Positions 9,458 to 20,800 of a DNA stretch of 64,000 nucleotides are shown here, piece after piece. A model generated the notes under the pieces. The model ran no database searches. It was not told where the DNA came from and saw only the letters and a program-made list of their open reading frames with translations. Within the stretch, counting starts at the first letter, position 1. Every line of letters starts with the position of its first letter. The stretch is from Deltaproteobacteria bacterium. Its GTDB lineage: Bacteria > Desulfobacterota > DSM-4660 > Desulfatiglandales > HGW-15. Made by a program: the position numbers and the translations under genes. The stretch is from positions 68,008 through 132,007 of the forward strand of contig JAFGFM010000144.1 in NCBI GenBank assembly GCA_016931115.1. Direction: 5' to 3'.

Positions 9458-9500
9458 TTTTTTTGTCCTGTAAATTCAAAACTGTTTTAATTTATTCTTT

Positions 9501-11369
9501 TTATTTGAAATATTCCCAAAACTTTACTGCAAGCCATTCCTTCATGGAGCGTGTCCAGATAGAAAAAAGATTTCTTCTGTCTATATATATCTTCCCTATC
9601 CCCTCCATGCCAGGTCTCAGCCTGTCTGTGATCACCTCAGGGGCAGCCTCAACCCTGAAAAAATTCAACCCCTCTTTTGCAGCAGCGATGGGTGTAATCT
9701 TGTTTACTGTAAAGGCAATCTTTTCATTTGGCAGGGCTGACAGGATCATATGCCCCTTTTGACCCGTTGTTACATCGGCAATCCGTCGTTCATCAACCTC
9801 CAGTATGATCCTGTATTCATCCAGGGGGGCCACTTCAAAGAGTATTTCACCCTTGACAGCTGCCCCGCCCAGCCTTTGACTCAGGTCACCGCTTATTACT
9901 ATCCCGTTAAACGGTGATACAAGATTTGCCCTTTCAATCTGGCTCTCTGTGAGCTCAAGTCTTGCGCTGGCCTGATCAATCTGTGCCCTGAATATCTCTG
10001 CCTCAGCTCTCTCACGCGTTGCCTGCGCTTCCTGATACTGTTTTTCATACTGTGCCTTTTTACTCATCCAGTTGAGCCTCTCAAGACGCAACTCCCTGTC
10101 ATCCATCATGCACAGTTTCGCATCCTTATCCACACGGTCTCCTGCCCTTACATAGGCATCCTTTATGTAGCCTTCAAATGGCGCCACAATCACCCGTTTG
10201 ACAGCCCCTTCAAGGATGGTATTTGCCGGGAGCCTGTAATCCCCATCCTTTACAGCGAAAAATATGACCATGATAACAATAAGGATGGCAAAAAGTTTTC
10301 TACCGCCATATTCAGTCCCCATACCTTTTTTGATAAAGCATTTAAAACCATCTGAGGCTTTTGTCAGTATTGGCCTTTCCCTTTCAAACATCATTCTGAG
10401 TACTGGCTGTATCAAGGATGCTACACTTTTACAGTACATGGAATCATCATCTGTAAATGGCCCTGTTTTGCTTCTTTCAAGGGTGATTACATTTACATAT
10501 CTCTCTTCATCATAAAAGGGGATTGTAAGGATATATTCTGACCCATGCTGTCGGGCGAGGGATTCGTGATCCCGTACGATCTGGCGTTCATGCCCTGTGC
10601 CAGGATAGAAAACTTCCTTTTGCTGGCTTATTGCCTCATCCATTGCCTGAATAATAGCTCTGACAAGATTCATATTATCGGAAACCCGGCTGCTGTGGGA
10701 TACTGCCTGGATCTTTATCTTTTTGTTTTTGATATGGCCAAGGCTAACCCTGTCACACATCAGGCATGTGGCCAACTCTGTCACAAAGGAGAGGCAGGCG
10801 CTCATATAATCTTTTCTGGATACAACCTCTGCCATTAAATCTACTGAAGCCTTGAGTCTTTTAAGTAATTCTCCGGCATCATTTTCACGTTCACGGCGCA
10901 GCATGACCTCCATCCAGGAGATGCCCCACTGAAGCTGCTCCAGGGTATATTTCAACTCTTCTTCTGTTTCAGCCTTTACCTCGATCGCGACAAGCCCGCA
11001 AAAGATGGTACCGGTAAAAACAGGATAGGCAACACCATATGAGCGGACGCTATCCTGCCTGGCCCTCTCTTCATGATCAAGCTCCACAAGCATGCCGCTT
11101 TTATCTTCAATAACCCGCTCTGCTATCTCTGTAAGGCGTTCCGGGTTTGCACCCTTTTCAGGCCATTTTGCCGCTGGAGAAAAATTCTCCTTTGCCTGAT
11201 CGGAAAGGATAACTATACCCTGAGTAACATTGGCGATTATTGCACATTGGAGTGTAAGCCAGTAAAGACAGTATTCTTCCCTTTCTACAGCGCTTGTGAA
11301 CTGAGACCACAAACGGTTGTCAATCCTGGGTCGAAATTTTATTCTTTCGTAATTGTATGTTTTATTCAC
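9501..11369 (-). CDS. GAF-domain-containing HlyD-type membrane-fusion protein
   Basis: The ~350-aa cytoplasmic N-terminus looks like two GAF-like folds by pattern, not by HMM. One TM segment (KLFAILIVIMVIFFAV). Then MFP hallmarks (APFEGYIKDAYVRAGDRV, long coiled coil, LVSPFNGIV, beta-barrel). GTG start. Confidence 0.72.
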   Translation of the reverse strand: MNKTYNYERIKFRPRIDNRLWSQFTSAVEREEYCLYWLTLQCAIIANVTQGIVILSDQAKENFSPAAKWPEKGANPERLTEIAERVIEDKSGMLVELDHEERARQDSVRSYGVAYPVFTGTIFCGLVAIEVKAETEEELKYTLEQLQWGISWMEVMLRRERENDAGELLKRLKASVDLMAEVVSRKDYMSACLSFVTELATCLMCDRVSLGHIKNKKIKIQAVSHSSRVSDNMNLVRAIIQAMDEAISQQKEVFYPGTGHERQIVRDHESLARQHGSEYILTIPFYDEERYVNVITLERSKTGPFTDDDSMYCKSVASLIQPVLRMMFERERPILTKASDGFKCFIKKGMGTEYGGRKLFAILIVIMVIFFAVKDGDYRLPANTILEGAVKRVIVAPFEGYIKDAYVRAGDRVDKDAKLCMMDDRELRLERLNWMSKKAQYEKQYQEAQATRERAEAEIFRAQIDQASARLELTESQIERANLVSPFNGIVISGDLSQRLGGAAVKGEILFEVAPLDEYRIILEVDERRIADVTTGQKGHMILSALPNEKIAFTVNKITPIAAAKEGLNFFRVEAAPEVITDRLRPGMEGIGKIYIDRRNLFSIWTRSMKEWLAVKFWEYFK

Positions 11370-11384
11370 GGCAGACCCGGTATT

Positions 11385-11418
11385 AAAAAAGGACTTAACC
11401 CTTCAAGTCAAGTCCTTT
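11385..11418 (-). terminator. Weak intra-operon hairpin + U-tract (possible attenuator/partial terminator)
   Basis: Minus strand: aaaggactt-(13 nt)-aagtccttt followed by tttaata. The stem is AT-rich and lies between the DUF3467 gene and the GAF-MFP gene. Confidence 0.25.
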
Positions 11419-11468
11419 AGCAAAATTGATAAAAATCTGATATACAGCTTTACAAGGGTACAGGTTAA

Positions 11469-11792
11469 TTATTTAGTAAGATCAATCTTCAGTTCACCAA
11501 AACGCGCCTCATATTCCCGTAAAATGTTACCAAGCAGAATGGCAAGCCTCTTTGCGGCAAAGGGGTTCAGAATGATACGATTTGTAAGCTGAACCGTCAG
11601 CTCAGGCTGCCCTGTATGCCAGCTCTGGTTTGTCCCAAAAAGCATTGTAACCTCTTCCCGTGTGCTGGAAACATTGCACACATTTGCATAGGTGCTTGTC
11701 ATTTTTGAGTCATCCCAGCGCAGGGTCTGTGTTGCAACCGCCTTTTTATCATCTTTTACCTCTTCCATCTTTTCCTCATGTTTAGTGGCCAT
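11469..11792 (-). CDS. DUF3467-like small protein (107 aa)
   Basis: ...YANVCNVSSTREEVTMLFG...VQLTNRIILNPFAAKRLAILLGNILREYEARFGEL matches my recollection of the DUF3467 pattern (YsN..i.hs..EF.lDF...v.sRiil.P.hAKrLl.aL..ni..yE). AAGGAG RBS. Lies 72 nt after the giant gene. Confidence 0.7.
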   Translation of the reverse strand: MATKHEEKMEEVKDDKKAVATQTLRWDDSKMTSTYANVCNVSSTREEVTMLFGTNQSWHTGQPELTVQLTNRIILNPFAAKRLAILLGNILREYEARFGELKIDLTK

Positions 11793-11864
11793 AATTTCTC
11801 CTTATTATTTTTCTATTTTATATTAAATATGTATCCATGTACCGAAACCATTTTCCATGTTCAT

Positions 11865-14800
11865 CTAATTAAGCTCTTTTTTCTTTAAATATGACAACTC
11901 ATTGCCTGATTTCTTATCCAGCTCTCCGTTAGTCCATTTGACAAACTTCCTGAGCCTGTTCTTTCTATCCAGATTTATGAATCCTGATTTGTCTATAATT
12001 TTACCTGTTTCAGATTTTTTACCAGACAATGCACCCCAGCCGGTCAGACCTGCTACCATTGCTGTTATATCTATTTTCTGGTCCAGATTATCAGACCTCT
12101 CTTTTGCTTTCAAGCCTGTGCGAAGGTCATTATCCATATTAGAGAGACCGTCAGTATCCCTTCTTGCGCTCAACAATAATTTATTCAGTCTCAGGTCTGT
12201 GCCTTCATTCTCCGCTGAGCTGTTAATGATCGTACCATCCGGCAGCACCTTTATTATCCTTCCATCAGGATATGTCGTTACAGAAGATCCATCCGGGTTT
12301 TTAATTGTTTTGGTACCATTAGGCAAGGTGATGGTAATGGTGCCATCAGGGAATATCATAACCTCCCTGCCGTCAGGTGCGTTCCTTACTATTGTTTTAT
12401 CCTGTTTAATAACTTCTATAAGGCCATTCGGATAACGCTTTTCAATTGCGCCATCAGACAGGATTGAGGTTTTAATTGTGGCTTTTCCCTGGCCCTGATT
12501 ATTACCGTCAGAGAGATGGCTGTAATAGCTACCCATACCAAAAGCCTCTTCCGGTCCGGTAATTACTGTCCCTGATGCAATTGTTTTACTCTCAATCTGC
12601 ATAAATAGAGACCTGTCAGAAGGGTGGAGAATGTTTTCTCCTGGCGAGGTTAATCTTCCGGCTTTAGATAATGCCCCTTCTGCCATATTATATTGAGGTG
12701 GGTAAACCCTGTTAACCCTGTATTCTTCAAGGATAACCCTTCCATATTTGCTGATCAGGACATCCTCAGGGGCTTTTTTGTTGATAATGTCTTTACCCTC
12801 ACCGCCAAAGAGGATATCTGTACCTTCACCACCATCAAAAATATCAGCCTCTCCATTGACTGTATGCCTGGTCTCTATTGTGACAGGGATACCATTACTG
12901 AACTGAATAAATCCATTATCACCAATGAGGATATCAGTGCCATTTCCTCCTGAAATCGTGTCTTTACCCTCACCGCCCAAGAGGATATCATTGCCATTGC
13001 CTCCGGATAACACCTCCTGTCCCCCGGAAGGTGCCGGGACGCTTATTACCTGGTAGACAACTCCATCTTCAAAGGTGACTATGCCAAGGTCACCAATTAT
13101 GATGTCACGACCAATTCCAGCAGTTATTGTGTCATTGCCCTGACCCGCTATCGCAATATTTGCACCATCACCAAGGTTAACAGTATCATCCCCACCAAGG
13201 TTATCCAGCCTTGTGTCAATTTCAGTAAGGTCACCCACATCTGTAAAGATCATGAGGCCATTATCACCGGTTACATGGTCATCTCCTGAACCTCCGGTTA
13301 CAGTATCGTTCCCGCCACCTGCTATCACATAGTTGTTACCATCTCCAGAATCGATTGTGTCATCGCCCGTAGTGGTGTCATTCGTATCTGTGCTCTCCAT
13401 CAGGGTTACAATGCCATCTGTGATTTCAATTGTGCCGTTGTCGCCGGTAATGTAATCCTTGCCTGCGCCTGTTGTTACAGTATCATCCCCTGCGCCAGCG
13501 ATTATGTAACTGGTGCCATCTCCTGTTGTTATCTCATCATCACCGCCTTGTGTCGGGCTTGTGCTTTCCAGCCTGGTTATCACACCATTTTCATCTATCT
13601 CTATTACGCCCGAATCACCGATAATGGCATCATTACCAATTCCAGCTGTTATTGTGTCATTGCCCTGGCCTGCTATCGCAATATTGTCACCATCACCAGC
13701 ATCGATTATATCGTCACCCGTGGTGGTATCATTAGTATCTTTGCTCTCCATCAGGGTTACGATATTGTCAGTGATTTCAATATTGCCATTGTCACCAGTT
13801 ATGTAATCCTTGCCTGCGCCTGTTGTGACTGAATCATTCCCTGCACCGGCTATTATGTAATTGGTGCCATCTCCTGCGGTTATATTATCATTACCACCCT
13901 GAGTCAGGCTTGTACTTTCCAGCCTGGTTATCACACCATTCTCATCTATTCCTATTACCCCTGAATCACCGATAATGGCATCACTGCCCTCTCCAGCTGT
14001 TATGGTATCATTACCCTGACCGCCTATCGCAATATTGTTACCATTGCCAAGGTCAATATTATCATCCCCGCCAAGGTTATCCAGCCTGGTGGCTATTTCG
14101 GTAAGGTCTCCCACATCTGTAAAGACCATTGTACCATGATCACCCGTTACATAATCTTCCCCGGATCCTCCAGTTACAGTATCCTTTCCGCCACCTGCTA
14201 TCACATAGTTGTCACCATCTCCAGCATCGATTATGTCGTCACCCGTGGTGGTATCATTAGTATCTTTGCTTTCCATCAGGGTTACAATGCCATTTGTGAT
14301 TTCAATGGTGCCGTTATCGCCAGTGATGTAGTCCTCTCCTCCACCTGTTGTTACAGCATCATTACCTGCACCGGCTATTATGTAATTGGTGCCATCTCCT
14401 GTTGTTATCTCATCATCACCGCCCTGTGTCAGTCTTGCGCTCTCAAGTCCGGTTATAATACCATTTTCATCTATTCCTATTACACCTGAATCACCTATAA
14501 TAGCATCATCACCAATCCCAGCTGTTATTGTGTCATTGCCCTGACCTGCTATCGCAATATTTGCACCATCACCAAGGTCAAGGATATCATCCCCGCCAAG
14601 CTCATTAAGGCGTGTGGCTATCTCGGTAAGGTCACCCACATCTGTAAAGACCAGTGTACCATGATCACCAATCACATAGTCATCGCCTGAACCGCCGGTT
14701 ACAGTATCCTTTCCACCACCTGCTATCACATAGTTGTCACCATCTCCAGAGTCGATTGTGTCATCGCCCGTAGTGGTATCATTCGTATCTCTGCTCTCCA

Positions 14801-17800
14801 TCAGGGTCACGATATTGTCAGTGATTTCAACTGTGCCATTGTCGCCTACAATATAGTCATTGCCATTGTTCCCGGTGATATCATCATCACCAAAACCGCC
14901 AACAAGTATATCGTCTCCATCATTACCAACAATTACCTCATTACCACCAGAGTCAGGCTGAACTGATACTACCCCTGTAATGTTGTAATTAATATCACGG
15001 TCAATTGTTGCCTCATCACCAAAGATAACATCATTACCATCTCCGCCAAACAGGTTATCATTACCAAGCCCGCCTGCCAGAACCAGCTCGGCACCAGCAG
15101 GAACAGCTGAGGCGTCAATCGTATCATCTCCATCATCGCCATGAACCTCAAGTCTGCCTGAAATAACCGTCTCTTCTATGGTTATAACATCGTCTCCTTC
15201 ATTTCCCGATATCGTTGTAAGAGTATCACTTTGGATATCTACTACAGAGATTACATCTGCACCCCTTCCGAAGATAATTTTTATACCGCCCTCAAAGGTT
15301 CCATTGGTTGCTGCATAATTAATATCCGCAGGCGACATGCCGGAGACCCTGTTCTCTGTAATAATTACATTAATATCCGCTGTTTCTGATCCTGCATCAC
15401 TTATGGTAATGGTGTTACTGCCTGATTCTGTATCAATATTGATTGTTCCGTTTATGCCATCCAGGTTACCAAGGTTAGCCGGGGCATCAGAGGATATATT
15501 AACAGTGTCATTACCTGCACCGGTAAAGATATTTGTAACTGTTCCTGATGCTGTTGCCTGCACATTAACCGCATCATCCCCGCTTCCTGTATTCAGGTTA
15601 AGGTTTTCTATGGCGGTATACTGAACTGAGCCATTTAAACCCATGTTAAAACCTGTAATAGTATCCTCTGTCAAGGTCCCTGTTACAGCTTCTGTCTCTC
15701 CGGTAATATCAAGGTGGAGTGTATCAATGCCTGCCCCGCCATCTATATCAATCAATTCAAGAATATTTCTGATATTACCTGAATTATTGCTGTCAGGATC
15801 AGCATTGCTTCCTATGCTGATAGTATCATTACCACCCAGCGTATTGATTACAGTTGGTGAGGCTGTATACATAATAGGAATAATATCATTATCGCTGTTA
15901 CCAGTTATCGTTACGAGATTACCAGTAACCATGCCTCTCATCTCCAGGACACCGCCAACACCAGCGTCCGCATTTCCAAAATCTACATAGAGTTCCACAC
16001 TGTCAGCGGCATGAACAATTGCCCCATCCTCAATAATGAGATTATCACCTGCCCTAAGCTCTATTGACCCGGCAGTCGATATTACATTCACACCCGCCTG
16101 TACAGTCAAATGGTCTGCATCAGAATTATCCGCTGTGGTAAGAATAATATCGCCTGCCTCCATGCGTTCTGTAACGGTCATGGGGCTGTGGGCTGTGATC
16201 TCTATCCTACCTTCAGCCCTGATGCCATCATTCTCTGTTACCCCGCCTATGATAAGGTGGCCCTGGTTAATAAGCCATATACTGCCATGTACAGAGCGAC
16301 CTTCAAGGTGGCCGATAGTGGTTTTAATGGCCCTTGTACCTGAACCTATATTTCCATCTGCAAACAGCCATGCAGAGCCTGACAGGATATTATCCTCCTC
16401 ATCAAGCCTTGCATTAAGTATTGATGCCCCGCTTCCGATAAATGCGGTATAACCAGGCCCTGTAAATACCTGATAAATTGATAGATCCCCATCTGTTTCA
16501 GTAAGATAGGTATTTAATGAGCTGGTACTGATAAGGCTTCCTTCGCCTGAGAATGCGCTGTTTATATCAAGGTCATTACCTGATATCCCGATCCCTCCGA
16601 ACATGGCCTCAAGGTTAATGCTATTCCCTGTAATATCTGCCTGAAGGTCATTTTCAGCATCAAGTATGGATGCCACTGCTCTTAAAGTAACATCACCATT
16701 CGAAGATACAATACTGCCTGTTAACATGTCTCCATCTGTCTCATAGAGATAGATATCTCCGCCTGCGGTTGCATTCAGGATGCCTTCAGGATAAAGATTG
16801 ATATCAAGGTAGTTAATTGTGTCCCCTGTTTTGCTGCCTATGGAATCCCCTGCAAAGAGGTTCAAGACCTCTGTGCGGATATTCAGGTAGTCATCATCAA
16901 AGGCATCAAGGATGGACATGTCAGCAATAAGATCTATCCTCTTTCTTGAAAACAGAGTATCTACATTCATATCTCCATTTACTTCATGGATAAATATCCC
17001 GTTATTTGCCCTTGAAGTGAGTTTAGCACCGGAAGCGAGGTCTATGGTTACAGGAGCCCCATCAAGGCCAATCCCCTCACGCCCTGATTCGAGGAACAGG
17101 TCACCGCCTTTAATATTAGTTCCTGCCCCCGCAGAAGAATTGTATATGCCGCCCTTTGTCTTAAGCCTTATCTCCCCGTTGGGATTATCATCCGGCCCAG
17201 CCTGAATAGATATGATATTCACATCTGACTCAGAACCTATGAATATGAATTCTCCTGCTTTTATATCTATGCCTGCACCTGTATCCTGCTGCTGAATAAT
17301 CCTTATCTCGCTTCTCGTTATATTGATAACACCTGTATCATTCGACCCAAGGGCGTTTTCCTCTGTGTCAAAGAGTTTTATGGTGAATTCATCAATAACT
17401 CTTGCATAATAAATCTCTCCATCTGTTACACCGGAGATATTGCTTATTGTAAAGGTGCCGAACGGCCCAAAATTAACAGGGGTACCGCTTGTAAGGTCAT
17501 GAGCCGAGCCAAACCTTATTGTATTTAGAGCGGAATTACTTTCTGTAATATCTTCCGGATCTGTTGAATTGATCAGGTCATTTTCATAATCAGTAAGGTT
17601 TAAGAGTGTACCCTCTCCACCCATATCCCCTTCTGATGTGTAGATGCTGATCTCGGTAACCGTCCCGCCTGAGGAGAAATCTATATCCTCACGCTGGACA
17701 ATCCTTGCCTCACTGCGCGTGATATTTATCAGGCCTGTATCACCCTCTCCCGTCGCATGAGCAGCGCTGTCAAACAGTTGTATGGTAAAATCATCTATTA

Positions 17801-20800
17801 CCCTGGCATAATATGTAACACCGTCAGTTACACCCTGTATCCCTCCAACACCCATATTCCCGCCTGACCCGAATATTACTGCTGCACCCGATTCCAGTTC
17901 ATGAAGGGTGCCAAAGCTTACAGTGTTGGTATCAGACTTAATGGAGATGAGATCTGCCCTTTCTGCGGCAGCAAGGGCAGCCTTTTCAGAATCGGCAAGA
18001 TCAATCAGGGTGCCGCCCGATTCAAGGTCACCGTTTGAAATAAGGATAACCTGTTCGTTTAGAAAATTACCTATGCTCCCGGAGGCATTAATAACAACAT
18101 TTTTACCAATAATATTTGAGGACTCTATACGTGTCTCAGTATCAGTGGTCTCCTTGAGCCACCCTGCACCAAGAGAATATTTGAGCTGCTCCTCTGTCCA
18201 GCTTGAGCCTATTGCAAGTGCATCAACATCAGAGATGCTGTGATCCGTTCCTGTTGCCCCTGAAGCATCAATATCAAGATAGATACCAAGGTTTGCATTC
18301 TCCAGTGAGTCAGCCAGCCTTATTATCGACGGATTACCGGAATCGGCCTTAATTATGTAATAAATTTTATCCTCGGCCAGCTCCTTCCATTCGCCCTCTT
18401 CCATGTACCTAATTTTAGAACCACCGTTTGCATTGTAGACAACCCCTGTACCGGTAGCTAACAGGTTGACACCTATGTTGATGGTATCATTTGCGCTGTC
18501 CACATCCTGGGCGGGCGTGAAGAGGGGCTCATACCCGGGGTTAGCGGTATCATATTGCCAGTCAGGATTAAAGGTATCACCCAATACGCTGAAGCGGTTA
18601 TGAAGCTCATGGAACTCCTGCGTTCTTTTTAACTCCTCCAGGTCTATCCTGGCATCATCCCACCCCAGCTGATCCTTGTAAGCCTCCCTCTGGGCATCAG
18701 TCATTGTGACTTTAAACCCCGTATCGTATGCCAGCATATTTGTCAGAGAGAACCTCCCTTCTGCTAAAGGAGTGCTGATATTTATGGACTGGTCTGCATT
18801 TGCGTGTGAGAGAGAATCAGCAAGCCTGATGGTATGGCTGCCTACAACAATGGCATAATAGGTCTGTTTATCATTAAGCCCTGTTATTGTATCTCCTTCC
18901 ATCACCCGGTAAAGCAGGGCATCACCGGTTGTAAACCCGTGATCAGCATCAAAGGTAATAGAAGTACCGCTTACCTGGGAGATACTGTCTATATATATGG
19001 TACTTCCTGTTCTATATCCCCAGTAGGTATTATATTCACGGGTCTTAAGCCCCTTGTAGGCATCCTGTGTTTCCTTACCGTCATTATCAATGAGATTCAT
19101 CTCATCCCACAGATCAGCGAGCTCAGCCTCTGTGCGGACATCCCGTCTTTCAAGCGTATTTACATCTACAAGGTTTCCGTCATCAATGGTGATATTTACA
19201 TCGCCATCAAGGGATTCAATGGCCACAACCCTGAGATCATCAGATATCTCATGTAAATATATGTCATTAAATGCATGGGCTGTAATGGCATCAAACTTAT
19301 CGTCATCATCATAGTTGTTATCATTATTTGTATTAATGCGTAAATTCAGTGATGAGGTGCCCAACGCTCCTGTTAAGGATGTCAGGTGTATGTTATCCCC
19401 GGAGATAAGGGAGCTGTTATCATTAGCAAAAATGCCCCCTTCTGATGCCATTACCACATCATCATTTGCAGATATGACCGTGTCGACAGTAACCTTGCCC
19501 TCTATCTCTTCAATAGCAACAAGGCCATCTGCACTGGCTGTAAGAAGACCGCCAGCTACATCAGTACGTACAGACTTATAATGCTCTTCAACTGCGGTCA
19601 GGGTTAAGGGGTCAGTATTGTATTCAGTAGTTGTATCATCCGTTACATTGTAGAGAGTAAATCCATCATTGTCTGTTATTGAAACCAGGCCTGAGCCGTT
19701 TTCAAGTGTAATTGTGCTTTCAGTAATTGAGGCAATGACAAAATCCTTATTGTTATTCTCCCCCAACCCATCAGTGAACCTGATAATATCTCCTGCATCA
19801 TATCCCTCTTCAGTCCATTTACCGCTGTTTCTCCTGATCGTCGCCCTTACCTGATTACCGATGGTTCCATTAGCTGCCTCAAGGGTTATATTTTCTGCCC
19901 TGATAAGCGCAAGCTCTTCAAGCTGGTTTATAGAGCCGTTTTCTGAAACAATGGCCGTCGGGCCGGAGAGGTTACTTATAACACCGGTAAGGTTTATGTC
20001 GGTGTCAGATGTGATCTCAACAACGCCTGTTTCATACCCCATAAACTCAATCTTTACAGGGTAGTCTGCCTTGACACTGTGATAATCATAATTGGTGCGG
20101 CCTACAGAGGTAATTCTCTCAAGGTGATAGGTCTTTGTAGAGAATATCCACCACCCGCTCGTTGTTACCCATTCCCTGGTATATACAACAGGATCTCCAA
20201 GGCTGTTGAATTCATAGGCATAACCTGGATTGGTTGTTCCATCGTTTTCCTTCTCAACAAATTTGCTTTCAGGTTCGAGATCTACCGGTGTCGGATCAAC
20301 ATAATTGTAATAGCTTCTGGATTGCCCATTTGCATAGTTAATGCCCCAAAAACTACTGCTTGTCCACTGTTCGGTCAGGACAGAGGTCTCTGAATATCCT
20401 GTTACCCAGTAATACCTCTGGCCGGAAACAGGCTGATATGTGGCATTACGGCCATCAATAATGGCGCTGGACCCTGAAACCACATTCTGAGTATCATTAT
20501 CTGTTACCTGTACAGAATTCCCTATCCTTGTATAGGTCGTTGTAAGTGGTTTGTAAACATTCGGGTCACTGTCCACATCATAGGCTGTGTCTGTGATAAT
20601 TACCTTTCCCTCTATGCCATTACCCATCCCCTTTACAGTTAGACCTTCAGAGATATTGACTTCATTAACAAGGAATGCGGTTGAATCAAGTTCAAGGCCC
20701 TTTTCCGTTACACGGACCACCTTGTATTCACCGTTATTATTTGCTGAGCCGGTAATTACTATTGTCTGGCCGTCACGGTATCCCTCTTCAATCCAGCTCC

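Noticed and set aside
12700-15150. Regular tandem repeats that could superficially suggest a CRISPR array or satellite.
   Set aside because: The repeats are 351-525 nt long, in-frame, and encode RTX-type protein units inside an intact ORF. There is no short-repeat/unique-spacer structure and there are no cas genes.
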